Positions 23,067-38,700 of a stretch of DNA of 46,524 nucleotides are shown here, in pieces. The stretch's first letter is position 1. Each line of letters starts with the position of its first letter. This stretch comes from Catajapyx aquilonaris (Eukaryota). Position numbers and translations under genes: made by a program. The notes under the pieces are model-generated. The model was not told the origin of the DNA and made no database searches. It saw only the letters and a program-made list of their open reading frames with translations. The DNA is taken from NCBI GenBank assembly GCA_000934665.2, contig JYFJ02003083.1, positions 1 through 46,524 of the forward strand, given 5' to 3'.

Positions 23067-24038
23067 GGCAGTGCAGTAGTAAAAATACGGTAAGCTTGTT
23101 TTTGAGGGAACTTAATTTTTTTGTGGCGAAACGTGGCGTTAATCAGGAAAAACACGACCTAGGGGCCCAGCGCAAAGGTTTGGCATTTACATTGTACCAT
23201 ACTCGACACAATTGGATTGAAATCGTGGACCACAGAAATGTGTCCGATTTTCTCGCGATTTCTGCTGCTATGGTATTCAAATGGACTTTTCGAAAGCATC
23301 GTTTTCCACTCGCTTCGACTCTTCCTAAATGTCACTTTTAAGCCGAAAATTGGAATAAGACAAAATAGGGGCCCTGCGTCAGATCATCTACTATTTTTTG
23401 GTGCAATTTCTGTGTCGATTGAACCATTTTTGCGGCCGTACGGCTACAGAAATGTAGACATGTCAAATCCCCATGTGTTGCCTATGCATAAAGTGGGCTC
23501 TACACAGTCGATCCGACTCCGACTCTGTCCGACTCGGAGGTGTCGGACACCCTCTTCAGACAGACGTCTGCTGTTCGATGTTTGAAGGTGGGGGGACGCG
23601 TTTTTGTGGAGGGGGGTGGAGGGTGGGGGACAAGTTTGTTTATGTGGAGGTGAAGGTGGTGTTGGGGGCAAAGTTTGTTTACTAAAAAAAGGTGGAAGTG
23701 AAGGTGGTGTCGGGGGGAGAGGGGGGAGGCATCGAGTTCGACTAGAAGACTCCACTAGCCAATCAGAGAGCCGGGAAGAGTCGGACAGTCATTAATCCAG
23801 TCAATCCGACGTCTTGCCCCGCCCGCTCTCCCATCTCCGACCTGCCCATGTGACCTCAGCTTGCCTCCCTGGCTCCGACGTCAGATCTGACATGGAATGC
23901 CATTTACGCAGGAGGTTCGATGGTCGAATTCGGTCGAAGTCTGCGTCGGATCAACTGTGTAGAACTCACTTAAGCAAGTTTGTTTAGGTCGTCGCCAAGG
24001 GCTCCACGTTGTTACCGTATTTTTGCTATTGCACCGCC
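23067..24038. mobile_element. Older TIR element enclosing the 23492-23970 MITE
   Basis: GGCAGTGCAGTAGTAAAAATACGGTAA versus TTACCGTATTTTTGCTATTGCACCGCC (27-bp imperfect inverted repeat); no clean TSD. Confidence 0.55.
23492..23970. mobile_element. Harbinger-type MITE upstream of Skp1
   Basis: TAA|AGTGGGCTCTACACAGTCGATCCGAC...GTCGGATCAACTGTGTAGAACTCACT|TAA; internal TCCGAC/GTCGGA repeats. Confidence 0.75.
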
Positions 24039-24172
24039 TTAAACTACCGTCATCACAGGGCTAGGCTGGAAGAAGCGAGGGCTGGGTGTGCCTGTATTTC
24101 TTGGATATTAAGGGGATGAATTTCCTGGGTTGGAGTGTTTTATTTTCTAACGTATTGTTCTTGTAATTTCAG

Positions 24173-24234
24173 TTGATCCTAGTCGTTTCTGCTAGCCAGT
24201 TTTTGTCTCCAGAGGTGTTGTGCAGCTAGTGAAG
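24173..24234 (+). other. SKP1: Non-coding 5' UTR exon of Skp1
   Basis: Polypyrimidine tract with TTTCAG acceptor and AAG|GTGAGT donor. The Skp1 ATG immediately follows a CTGCAG acceptor, so an upstream UTR exon is required. Confidence 0.6.
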
Positions 24235-24677
24235 GTGAGTAGCTTTGTTGGATGGCTGATGTATTATTGTAAGGAATCAGGTCCAAATATCTTTGGGACT
24301 TCTCTACACAAATGATTAAAAAGAGATTGGCATTTCAAGACTGCAGAGTGTGAAACAATAGTTAGCTATGAAGTGCATTAGGCAATTTTATTACAATATC
24401 AAGTAATGGTAATGTTGCAGGTGCGAAAGTAGCGTTTGTGCGCCATTATTTCTGTTGCCAATCTATCAACTAATTGAGTGCTTATGAAACTTCCACTGGT
24501 AAAAGTCTGAGTTAGCTTCTGCTCCACATGGTGTTAACCTTGTCACATGCTGTTAATTGGTCAAAAGTGCTTGCCTGGATTGGGCTCTAGTCATTAACAT
24601 TAGTTATCTTAATGAGCTGTAGTTTGTATGCTTGGATATCAATTGGACTTGGCCATTAATTGCTTTCCCCACTGCAG

Positions 24678-27837
<3,160 letters not shown>

Positions 27838-30255
27838 GGAGGATGAAGAATCAAAGAAAACAATGCAGAAAAAGAAATTAATGTTAAGAAATGGAAGGTG
27901 ACTGTTGTTAAGGTTGTTCCTTTCTCCCCAATGTACTTCCCTTCCACACCCATAAATTAGTAATTCGGATTGTGTCCATGGTTTTACGTTATTCGGCAAA
28001 CATACTTCAGCGATGGATGTAGCACAAAAGCCTGATGTCTCTTTTTTTTTCCTCCCCCACCTTAACTTCCCACATGCGAAATGTGTATATACAGACAGTA
28101 TCCCACTCATCTTGGGTGTGTCTTGCGATTATTATTTTTTCATTTTGTTATGTGACGTTCTGGAGAGATTCTCTCGTCCCCCTCATTTGATGTTCTTGGT
28201 GTTTGAGTTTAATGTTTAAATGTAATCTTGGAAGAGCAATTGAGTGCCAGCATGATTTTAGAGGGAAAAAAATAATTATGGGAAACACAAATAGTGCTCT
28301 TGAGCCTGGTTTTTACTAGGGCAAAGTACACTGTTGGGCATCAGCCAATGGGTTTTTCCTGTTGGTGAATTGAAAGTATACAGATGGAAGAAAAAAAAAA
28401 GCACGCTATGGCACTTGGAATTAGCTGCTATATCTGTCCAGGACATTACAGTTGTAACGTGTATTAAAGACCTTTTCAAAACTTTGGCGTATTTTTTTAC
28501 ACGCGTCTTATTTCATGACGTTTCAGGAATACACCAGGCAATGCACACCACTTGGCATTACTCATACTTTTTGCATGGTGATACGCAAGTGTTTATTGCA
28601 GGTGGTAATGCAAATATTGACGATTTTTTTTTATTGCAAGCATTTTGAGGAGGATTTTGCGGAATGATCGTAGCTCCAGTTGGTCAGGGCACGGAATGTG
28701 CTAGAAATGGGACAAGGTGTACCTTTCTAACCAGGTTGCATTCCTCAGCCCCCTGGGTTGCCAAATCGTTGCGAAAACAGTTACTTGCCTGGAGGCCTGG
28801 TTATTCCCCCCTCCCCCATCTCTTTAAAAAAAAAAAAATGTAATTGGAGGGGATGGGGTTGGCGGGGAGGAGTCCTTGACTAGTTCACTCGTGGTCACCT
28901 GTTCCGGCAGAGAAGCTGCGGGGACTGGGAGATGAACCCTCCTCATCAGGCCAGGTAATTGCGAAAAAAAATCGCGTTATTTTCGCAAGCGCAATTTGGC
29001 ACGCTGCGAAATGCACTTGGAGAGAGAGTCAATTCGTGATCTGGATTAGTGATTCGTGAGTGACTGAACGTATGATAAATGGGCCAATTTTTTCAATTAG
29101 TGGTAGGTGAACTATATGGTATGTAAATGTGTGCTTATGTGTTTTTCTTAGTTTTAATTAAGATAACGCATGGTGTATCAACTAAATTAAGATGAAATGT
29201 CTGATTATGCATTGTGAATATCTACGTAATTCCTGCAATATTACTTACATATGTAGTGCATACACAGCCCCGTTGCACCACCGAGGTTGTGCCCAGGTTT
29301 ATCCTTGTGTTTACATCATGACAAGTGTATGATATACGGCTCGTTGACTCCATGTTATTGTTTGGTCTGAGTAATTATCAACAGAGAGTATGTTGTAAAT
29401 CTTCACTGGTGTACACAAAATGTCATGTGCAAAGTGGTGAATTCACCAAGTCCTGACATTTTAATGTAATGCATATTAAACTGTTGGCTTAGGTTAGGTA
29501 GAAAACTGTAAATTGGCACGTTTTTATTCGCATAAAACTTTGCTAGGTTTTTTTTGCTTGCAAAGAACAAGGATCCGCTACTGGCAGCTAGAGATTATTA
29601 TTGTAATTAGGATCAGCACCGCATTTCGACCGTAGCGATTACCTGACTTAACGGGAATTTGCTTGCAAATTTTTATGCGAATCTTATGCATCTGCCCGAA
29701 AAATTGAGGGACATGTAGAGAAGAAAAAAAATCCACCGTTCTCTCCACTTATATTTGCGTGCAATTTCACATACGCCACCTGTCTTAAAATTTTGCGGTT
29801 TGATCTCGAAGGCCGCACAAATTATTTTTTTCCCATTTCACACGCCAGAAAGAAAAAAAATGTAAATTCTCTTTCTGGCTAACAATCTCGACCGAACTGT
29901 TGCATGAAATGCAGGTTACAACTTTCCACAAATTTTCATTTTTATGTGCCCAAAAAAATAATAAGAGGCGCGTGTTGGCACCACAACAGCAATAGTTGGC
30001 TTGTAAATTTAAAAGATGGACGAAATATTTTGGACCAAGCCGGTATACATACAGTAGTCCCCGATGACATTCATTGCATGCATCGGAGCGTTACAAACAC
30101 CCACCCTTCCCCTGGGGGGGCCACACCATTATAATGGCACATCCGGTGAATGCCTCGGAATACCGGCCTCCAAAAGTCCACTAATTAGTGATCGCATCTG
30201 CAGTACAAACGGACCCCGATCTCTCTGAAATAGGTATACCTTTCAACTATAATAT

Positions 30256-30543
30256 ATATAAGGCCAAAAGGGTGGTTTAGTCTAAGGAAATACCACCCGA
30301 GACGAAGCCAGAGACGACCTAAACTCTGCACGAGATGAAAGGGGGGTTTCCCCGGGCTGGGATCGAACCCGGGACCTTATTAACATATAAGGCCAAAAGG
30401 GTGGTTTAGTCTAAGGAAATACCACCCGAGACGAAGCCAGAGACGACTAAACTCTGCACGAGATGAAAGGGGGGTTTCCCCGGGCTGGGATCGAACCCGG
30501 GACCGTGGGCGCATACGTTACCGCAGCGCTACTCCGCCTCCCC
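30256..30543 (-). mobile_element. Related tRNA-derived SINE copy with an internal 129-bp tandem duplication
   Basis: Box A TAGCGCTGCGG; box B GGTTCGATCCC present twice; unit repeated at about 30257-30378 and about 30386-30504. Confidence 0.8.
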
Positions 30544-30859
30544 TAATTTCCATCACAAATGTTGATGGTATGGTCATTTCGTGGATTCAATATGGCGGAC
30601 AGTATGGAAATAGGATTCAGAATGGCGTCTTTCTGGTCACGGTCTGTCAATTGGCACGCAGGTGTATGTGCAGCTGGTGTGGTTGGTTGGTCGGTTGGAA
30701 GGTGGGGGGAGAGGGACTTCCAAAGCACCTGGCAGAGGAGGTTTTTCAGGTGAGAGACGAGGCTCGTTGGAAGCGGTCGTGGAGAAGAGACCACCCCCCT
30801 TTCTCCTTTACCTGTGTTGTTAACCATCAGTTTAGAGAAGGGGGGGAAGATTAACGAAC

Positions 30860-31046
30860 GTAGAGAGAGAGAGAAAAAGGGAAAGTTTTGTGCTCATCCT
30901 CGCTCAGGGTTAGTGCACTCAAGGGGACTCGCTTTATTGTGCCAAAATATCGGACGACAAGAGTGTTTGTGGTGTGCATAGATAATCGGGCGGATAGATG
31001 AATCGGCGGTGGTGAAATCGGAACGTTATTTTTTATTATTATTCAG
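30860..31046 (+). promoter_or_regulatory. Candidate promoter and non-coding first exon of the harmonin-like gene
   Basis: GAGA repeat at about 30862-30874, Inr-like TTAGT at about 30910, strong CAG|GTAGGT donor at 31046/31047; the coding exon begins after an acceptor at 35770. Confidence 0.4.
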
Positions 31047-31496
31047 GTAGGTCTGTGCATCTGTTGCATACGTCATCGCACGCGACAATGGCTCAGTAGA
31101 AAGTGATGGCATTTTTTTTTGAACGTACCTTCCTTTTTGGCAAGCTTTTTTGGTGATGGACGATTTTTTGTGTGTGAGTGTGTGGATCAAGTCTTATATT
31201 GGTGGTGGAAAGTCGCAGTGAAGTGTGTACAGTAATTGTTACAAAGGGTGTTAGTTGCATCATTGTACACGGAAGCTGCATTCTTTCTTTTTCGTTTTTT
31301 GAAAAAATGTTCAGACAATGGCACGTTTGAAACAGAGATTTTGTAATTTAACATGTTAAATGACGGTCCACTTCATTGCAGGTGTGTGTTTATCCTTCCC
31401 ATTAATTTATTCCAAGTAAATGCTCAGTGAGATATTATTTTCCAAGAAATTATCTTTCGGTAGATCATGCATAATTTTCAAATGGCGCAACTAGTG

Positions 31497-31712
31497 CCAA
31501 GTGCATTCTATGCAAAATGCTGCGCAACATTGTTACTATATACCGGAAAAGCTAACATTTTTTGGAAAGCTGTCATTATCTGTTTTAATTGGCAAAATGT
31601 TGTCTGAGATATAATTACTTGCAATGGCAAGTACATTCTATGCAAAGTTCTGCATAACATTATTAATATTTTGGGGAGCTGTCTAAATGTTGTCTGAAAT
31701 AATAATTACTTA
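31497..31712. repeat. Imperfect tandem duplication
   Basis: CAAGT.CATTCTATGCAAA and AAATGTTGTCTGA.AT..AATTACTT each occur twice. Confidence 0.5.
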
Positions 31713-34510
31713 CGATACTGCCGCAATTTCTACCAAAATATCTAGTCAGCATGTATGCAGCATGCATTTTTATTGCAATTACAAATTGGCGTGTATAGGC
31801 AACACCGCAGAATTTTGCAATATTGTTTTGAATCGGCTCATCCCTGGCACAATAAAAAATATATGCAAGTGGCACAAAAACCTGCAAAAAAACACGCGCT
31901 AAAAAAAAAAGCGGGAGGATGTCTGCCCGAGCTGTCACTTCCTTTTATGGAGGATACGGTTGGCACCCTTTGACGCAACCTCTAAGAAGTTGATGACCTC
32001 CAAAAAGGTTCACCTCACCCGCTTCTTCTCTCTTGCAGTTTTTTTTTTTCTGTTAGTGGTGGGGATGAGAAAAAGGTAGCTGCTTTATGGGATCTAAATT
32101 GAGGTAGTGATAAGGCGCAAACGGTGTTAACGACACATTTATACATTCAAAAGGGGGGTGATATTCTGGACATCTCAAAGTTAATGGGGTTTATATACAT
32201 ATTAACACGCTGCAATTTTTTAAGTGCTCATACCCGTTGTTGCAACTGTTATTGCGGAATATCCAGCCGGACATTTCCTAATATTTTTAATGCTCCACTG
32301 GAGAATTTGATCGACCCTTATTCATGGGCAGTTGCACCAATATCATCCATAATATTGTATTGTTTTAAAAAAAAACTTAACCACAAAACTGGATTATTTT
32401 TTTGTAACGACACCAGCTTTATGCAGCAGTAAATCATGTGCACCTGTACATGTCATAAGTCGGCTGTGACATCATTCATTGCATAGAGGTGCACCAGCCC
32501 ATAACTTCAACAATGACAAGTATGTACAGTACACCTGTCAAGTACAGAGTCCCCAAGATATGGTCGAAAAAAAGACTTGAATCTCTTGAGTTTTTAAAAT
32601 ATTGTTTTAACCACGTTCCGCGGTAATTCGAGAGATTGTTGATCCCTTATGGCGGATCCGGGTTATTCATCCCATTTTTTGGGACTGGGTGCAAAGGCAG
32701 CCATCGTTGCGAAAAGAAGCTCATTAACAAAAAAAAAAAAAAGAGGCGACGACTCCTCAATCTACTGACCCATTCCACTGTATGGTTAGGTGGTAAAGGG
32801 CCGCCTTAATAATAAATGGGTTACAGACCCTGGTTTAAGCATGACTTAACTCTCATTTTTCATGCAACCTGCATTTTTTTAAAACAAAGTTCAAGCATCC
32901 GATACATTAAGTAACGAAAGGTTGAGAGGAATGCACTTTCTTTAGCTTTGCAAATATAAAAGATAATAAAATATTTTTGCCATCAGAACCAAAAAGCGCG
33001 AAAACCGACACGGAAGAGTGTTTGCATTTGCACGCACTTTTTAAAAGGGGGGCTAATCTTCATGATCTTAAGTAAAGCTTAGCACAGTCAGGTGATTTAA
33101 CATTCATGTGGCCGGATATGCGGGAAACCTACCATGGAAATCAGCGTTTATAATATTTTATTAAAATATAGAAATTTTTATACATACAAATTGTCGTAGT
33201 TGATATAGCGGAATTCTTGACTTGCAACAATTTCAAGTAAAAGGGACTTCATCTATATGGTGAGCCTACTTTTTTTATTTTAGCACATGTCACTCTCGAA
33301 GCGTCAGTTTGTATGAAGTTTTAGTCGAAATGTTTTCCTAAAAAAAAGAGAGGAGAATAATATGGCGGCCGAAAAAGCAATCGGAGCATGAAACCGAACC
33401 GATTTGGTCATTTTTTTTTGCGGTCAAAAGCTGGTTGCAAAAATTGGCATCGTTCCTCTCCTCTTTTTTTCTATCTCTTTGTTCCGAAGTTGTTCGCTGA
33501 GAGTTTTGTGCCACACACACACGTATATCTTATCTGCATGTGAAAATCAATCCGATCTTCTTCCTGTTGCTATGTGGGGCATATGGTCCACGACCAATGA
33601 TAAAGAGAAAACGTTCGGGAGGGGAGCTGGTGAAATGTAATCAATCAAAAACCCAGCATATGTCTCTTGTCATCTGTCGCACACAAAAAAAATTGGGTTT
33701 TCCCACATGCAAATTTTCCAGGAAAGAATAATTACAATGAGCATTGATGCCAGGAACTTACTTGTATGAGGTAATTTTAGAGGAATCTAATGGGGTTCCA
33801 TGTCATGTAACTATTGTTATCATGACTGATCAAATAACTGGTTTAAAAAAAAATACATGTTACGTTATTTCAGAGTTGAAAACATGACGGTATATGACAA
33901 GTACTGGACATGTACACCATATTCTGGCATTGTTTACATGCAAGTTGTCTCTCTTCTCTTCGCCGCGTTACCGCACGTAACTTCCCGTGTCTGTTACGGC
34001 GGTTACTGCATTCCAGAATCTCGTGGAAAAGGACACGTTATATTTTTTTTTGGACGGCTCGGTTTTAACCAGGCTGACCGCAACAATAGTGAGGGGGGGG
34101 GGGGATAATAACAAAAATATTTTAAAGTGAAAGAAGAATATATATAAAAAAGACACATCCGAGAGTCGAGCCATTCACCGGATTTAGCTTAGCGTGACTC
34201 CTGGACTCTTCCTGTTTCCCACGTTTCCAGTCCAGCTTCCTAATGACTGACTGTGTAACACCAGGCCTAAAACTGTGGGGTATATATTTACAGAGCTGGG
34301 TACTTCATTTACCCTTTGTATTGCTTTTTTTTACTAGCTTCAATGTTGGCCTATAATGCACTGACCCTCAATTTTTGAAATTACTGTGGATATGTAGGCC
34401 TAATTTTTTAAAAAAATAAGTAGACTACCAATGAAAACTGGGATTACGGATTAACTGATTTTTTTGGTGTAAATCAAATAAATGAGCAACTCGTGCAAGT
34501 GGACAACAAT

Positions 34511-34601
34511 GGGTCGAATTTTCGTCCCGCTGCTAGTTACTGCTAACTTAGCATGCTATAGGTTATTAGCAGTAACTAGCAGTGCGACGAAAATTACACC
34601 C
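34511..34601. mobile_element. Short palindromic MITE, family copy 2
   Basis: GGGTCGAATTTTCGTCCCGCTGCTAGTTACTGCTAA...TTAGCAGTAACTAGCAGTGCGACGAAAATTACACCC. Confidence 0.75.
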
Positions 34602-35237
34602 ATGATGCTGCAACTAGTTATTCAAAAGTTGTAATATTTGGCAATGGATTGTTGCAACAAAACCCGTAACAATTCTACCAAAAGGAAGTGATTATTACAA
34701 TTATATGCGATCCGATTGTCAGCCCCCAAATAATTATTATTGACAACGTTGCAACAGTTATTCCCTAATTTGAATCCGCTTCAGAATAGCCACTATACGT
34801 GCTTCTATCCGCAAAAACCGCATTGTCGTAACACCCTTCAACAATGCGCGGAAATGGAAATAATTATTACGTTTGTGGCTTGATTAGCCCCGTGTTTTTC
34901 AGGCTCTAAAAGCGACTCATTGTTGCTTCGACTCGGTGCTTAAACTTTTCAACCCGTCATGACGAAGAAAAAAAAAAGGCCTTGCATTTTCTCACAGCCG
35001 TGGATGACCTGCCCTATTGTTGAAGGTCCTCTTACTTTAAAATTTTGCAATATTTTGCAATATTCATGGTTGTTGAAGTAAGCAATCATTTTTTTCCCCT
35101 TCGAACTTTGGACCATACGTACGTCTGATTTTACACGTCGGATATTTTCCAGAGCAAAATCACGAAACCTGCGGCAGGGTTACCATGTGTCGAATAGTAA
35201 AATTCCGGAAGGAAGGGCGGGGTATTATTTTCTGATG

Positions 35238-35263
35238 CCCCCCCCCCCNNCCCCCCCCCCCCC
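35238..35263. other. Poly-C run containing NN (assembly uncertainty)
   Basis: Two N bases at 35249-35250 within a C homopolymer. Confidence 0.9.
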
Positions 35264-35777
35264 CTTTTTTTTTTACATTGAGAGGCGCGGCTTCCTGAAC
35301 CGAGGTCAAAATTCACCCCGACGCCCAACCATTCACTGTGCACACGCACACGTACACATTGTGTACGACATTAATTCGTCCCAAGAATGAGCACGCTGGA
35401 TTGTTTACCCTGGCAATAACCAACTTGCTGGGGATGAACAATCTGGTACTGTGTGGATTGGGTTGGTGACAAAAAGGGTTTTTTGACGGGTTGTCACGCT
35501 GCGGCGGCCTGAGATAAGTGAGTCGGCACCTTTTTGTACCGTAAGGCTTCCGCGTGCAGGACGGTTCCGCGTTGGTGACGTCACACACAACACGTCGCAT
35601 GCAAGAAAGGAAGAGCGCCCAGAAATCCACTTTTAGAAAACTGCAAGGGGTTTGTCCAGATGAATGACCCCGTTTTTTTTAAAAAACATACTCGTACTTG
35701 AGGAAGAAAAAAAAATTGCATTGTTTGCAATGTTGTGACATGTTTTTTTGTTTTGTTATTATTTTGACAGCAGCCAG

Positions 35778-38700
35778 ATGGAGGTGACGGTTAAGGAGAC
35801 GTCGCGTGAACCCCTTGGGAACAATCGCAAGTTGCGTCACGTGCGTCTGGTGCGTCGTGGGACGTCGCCTCTAGGGTTCGCAATCAGGGGAGGAAAAGAG
35901 CATGGCACAGGCGTCTTCGTCAGTCACGTCGAACACAACTCGCAGGCGCAAATGCAAGGACTCAAGGTACTGAATAAATTATTATTACTCTAACCACAGG
36001 CGTCGAAAAATCCGAGCGAATCGAGGGTTTTTCGATATAGTTTTAATAAAATTATAATTATTATAATTATTAAAATTCCAGGTGGGAGATCAGGTCCTGA
36101 GGGTGAACGGGTTCCCCGTTGAAGGAGCGGTTCACAACGAGGTCTTGTCGCTGCTTCGAGCCAAGTCTCATCTCAACCTCAAAGTCAGGAGTAAGAGAGT
36201 TCTTGTTGTTGTTTCTTGATTGGCCCAAATACCTGCCTTGTTGGCATGTGGATGATGATAATGATGAGGGATGGAGAGCCATTGTGCAAGAGACGTATTA
36301 TATTATTTAGACACTTGAGGAAGGATCGGTGTGACCCCGATTTGTAATATACCGTTTTGTCACTTGCCGTTTATGTGCATTTTTTGGGGGGGTCTAGAAA
36401 GTTGTGTGCTAAGGGGTCACCTGCTAAATGTGTCGAGTAGCAATCGGATAAATATGTTCAGCCGAATTTTTTAGCGAAACAAATATAGTCCACAGTATAG
36501 TTCACTGTTATGTCACATACGTTGGAACTAACTGAATCACCTTGTGCCCCGACTTGCTTTGTGCAGATTTCCAGCTCGAATAATTTAAAAAAAGAAGCAA
36601 ACATGACTTGTACCTGTCATGCTTTGCTTGAAGGGCGGCGGCAACAAATTTTTCCCGGAAGCTCTTTTTTAAACATTTAAAAAATTCTTAAAAAACTATA
36701 CAACGTTTAATTTTTCAAATCCGGATGTTGCTCAAGTTCATTTCTCAAGGCCAGCTCGACACGTTAATTAGACCCGTTTAAGAACTCGTTTTGCGTTGCA
36801 AATTTCAACATCCTATATTACTTTTTTATTTATTTCGCAGCTGTTGGTCTGATCCCGGTCAAAGAGTAAGTATATTTTTTTTGTTAAGTTACACAAGGTT
36901 AGCTTATAATTAACTGACACTTGGGCGGTTGCAGCAACAAGAGGGATCCGCTGACATGGAGGCTGATTGAGGAGACCTCTCCAACGGAGGTGTTGCCCCC
37001 TGTGGAGAGGCTCATGTCAAACGACGGGTCATCTTCAAGGTCAACCTGGCAGACCAGCTCTCCTTCCGGTGACTGGATCGAGACAAGGGTCTTCCTCAAT
37101 CTGGCTGGTCAGAACAGTCTGGGATGCTGGTGAGGGCCAATTAAAATGTTGAAAAATGGCATCAAAAAATATCAGTGATCTCATGTGCTATTTATCCATA
37201 TCAACTCATTCTCATAAGAGCTAAATATATCGAACCCTCCGATTTGTTCACAGCATCTGCAAAGGACCGGCCGAGAAGCCAGGGATTTACGTCCAGTCCA
37301 CCAAGAATGGAGGCTTGGCTCGAGAAGCTGGGCTTAGACCTGGTGACCAAGTGGTGGAGTGTAATGGACAGAGCTTCCTCGATATCGACTTCACGGATGT
37401 ATGTGTCAAATATTGCTATTAAGTATTTTTTGTTTGTTTGTTTGTGACTATTGCATTTGTTGTGTGCAGGCGGTGTATCATCTGAAGTCGTCGAAGCAGC
37501 TTCAGTTGGTTGTGTGGAAGGCTGCTGGAATCGATCTCTTTCCTGGAGAGTCTTCTGGTTACAACAGTTCCGCCAGCAGTGTCACTGGAGACAGTGGTGA
37601 CCAGAGCCCGACCAGTGACAACAAGAGCAAGAGACTGTCCATTGTCAAGGAGGAGCTGACCGAGCTGGAGGAAAGGTCAAGCCACTTATACAATGTTGGG
37701 TCTAAAATGAGCGCATTTCAACCACGCACAGCTTTCATTGTTGGAAACAATCAGTGATGGCGCTATAGGGGAAATTTGGTGCGCACAACTTGAAAATCAA
37801 GGAGACATGTACACAATTCAATGAAATCCATGGGAATTTGTGGCATTCGTACACAGAGAAATCCAAGCATTGAGGAGATTTTAATGTCTGTGTTACGTGC
37901 GGGAATCCACAGAATTAAAGCGAAACCAGGAGAAAAAGTTATTGTAATTCATGGGAACTTGGAGGTTGAGGGGAATTCATGTGAATCCATGAAGAGAAGC
38001 AAAGTGACACCCATGAAAATCGATGACATTCTCAGGAGGGGGAAAAAAAATAAAAGCTATAATTTTATGGATATTCCACTCTTATAAGTAAAGTACCAAT
38101 CCAGAGTGTAACCAAACTCTTTTTTTTGTTCCAGGCACCAGCATCTAAATTGCGTGAGCATTGACAGGAGGAAGGACTGGGATGAGATTGAATACGAGTG
38201 GAAAAAGGCAGAGAGGCTGGAGGTGGAGCGACGGAAGGAGGAGAAACCAAGCGACAAGTCAGAAGGGGTCTACCTGAAGCACCACTCCTCGGTTGAAGTC
38301 CTGGTCAATGGAGCATGCGTGGAGCAACAGCAGCAGGACCATCAGCCAAAATTCCAGTTTGGAGACACCACAGGAAGGAAGAGGTCCAAGAACAACAATG
38401 AGGGCACGGCGGAGAACATAGGCGGACAGGAGTGTGTGTACGTCGAGCCCAAGATAATCATCGAGGTCAAAGGTCAGGACAGCGGGATGGTCAATGGTGG
38501 ACGGGGACAGCAAGAGTGGAGATATGCAGAGCCAGACCCACTGCAGGAGGAGAGGAGAAAGCTGCAGGAGGAACAACTGAAGCTGCAGGAGGAGTTGGAG
38601 AAGCTGGCCCAGGAGAAGAAGCGGTTTGAGGTCTGTCTGCACTGAGGACACCATGCCCTGACCTGAACTCTGGTCAGGTCAACATGGATAGGAATTAATT

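Noticed and set aside
30256..30504. CRISPR-like direct repeat
   Set aside because: Only two long units, no spacers, eukaryotic context; explained by the SINE duplication.
37821..38087. 88-aa plus-strand ORF in a harmonin intron
   Set aside because: No convincing splice sites, and the flanking exons already join in phase.
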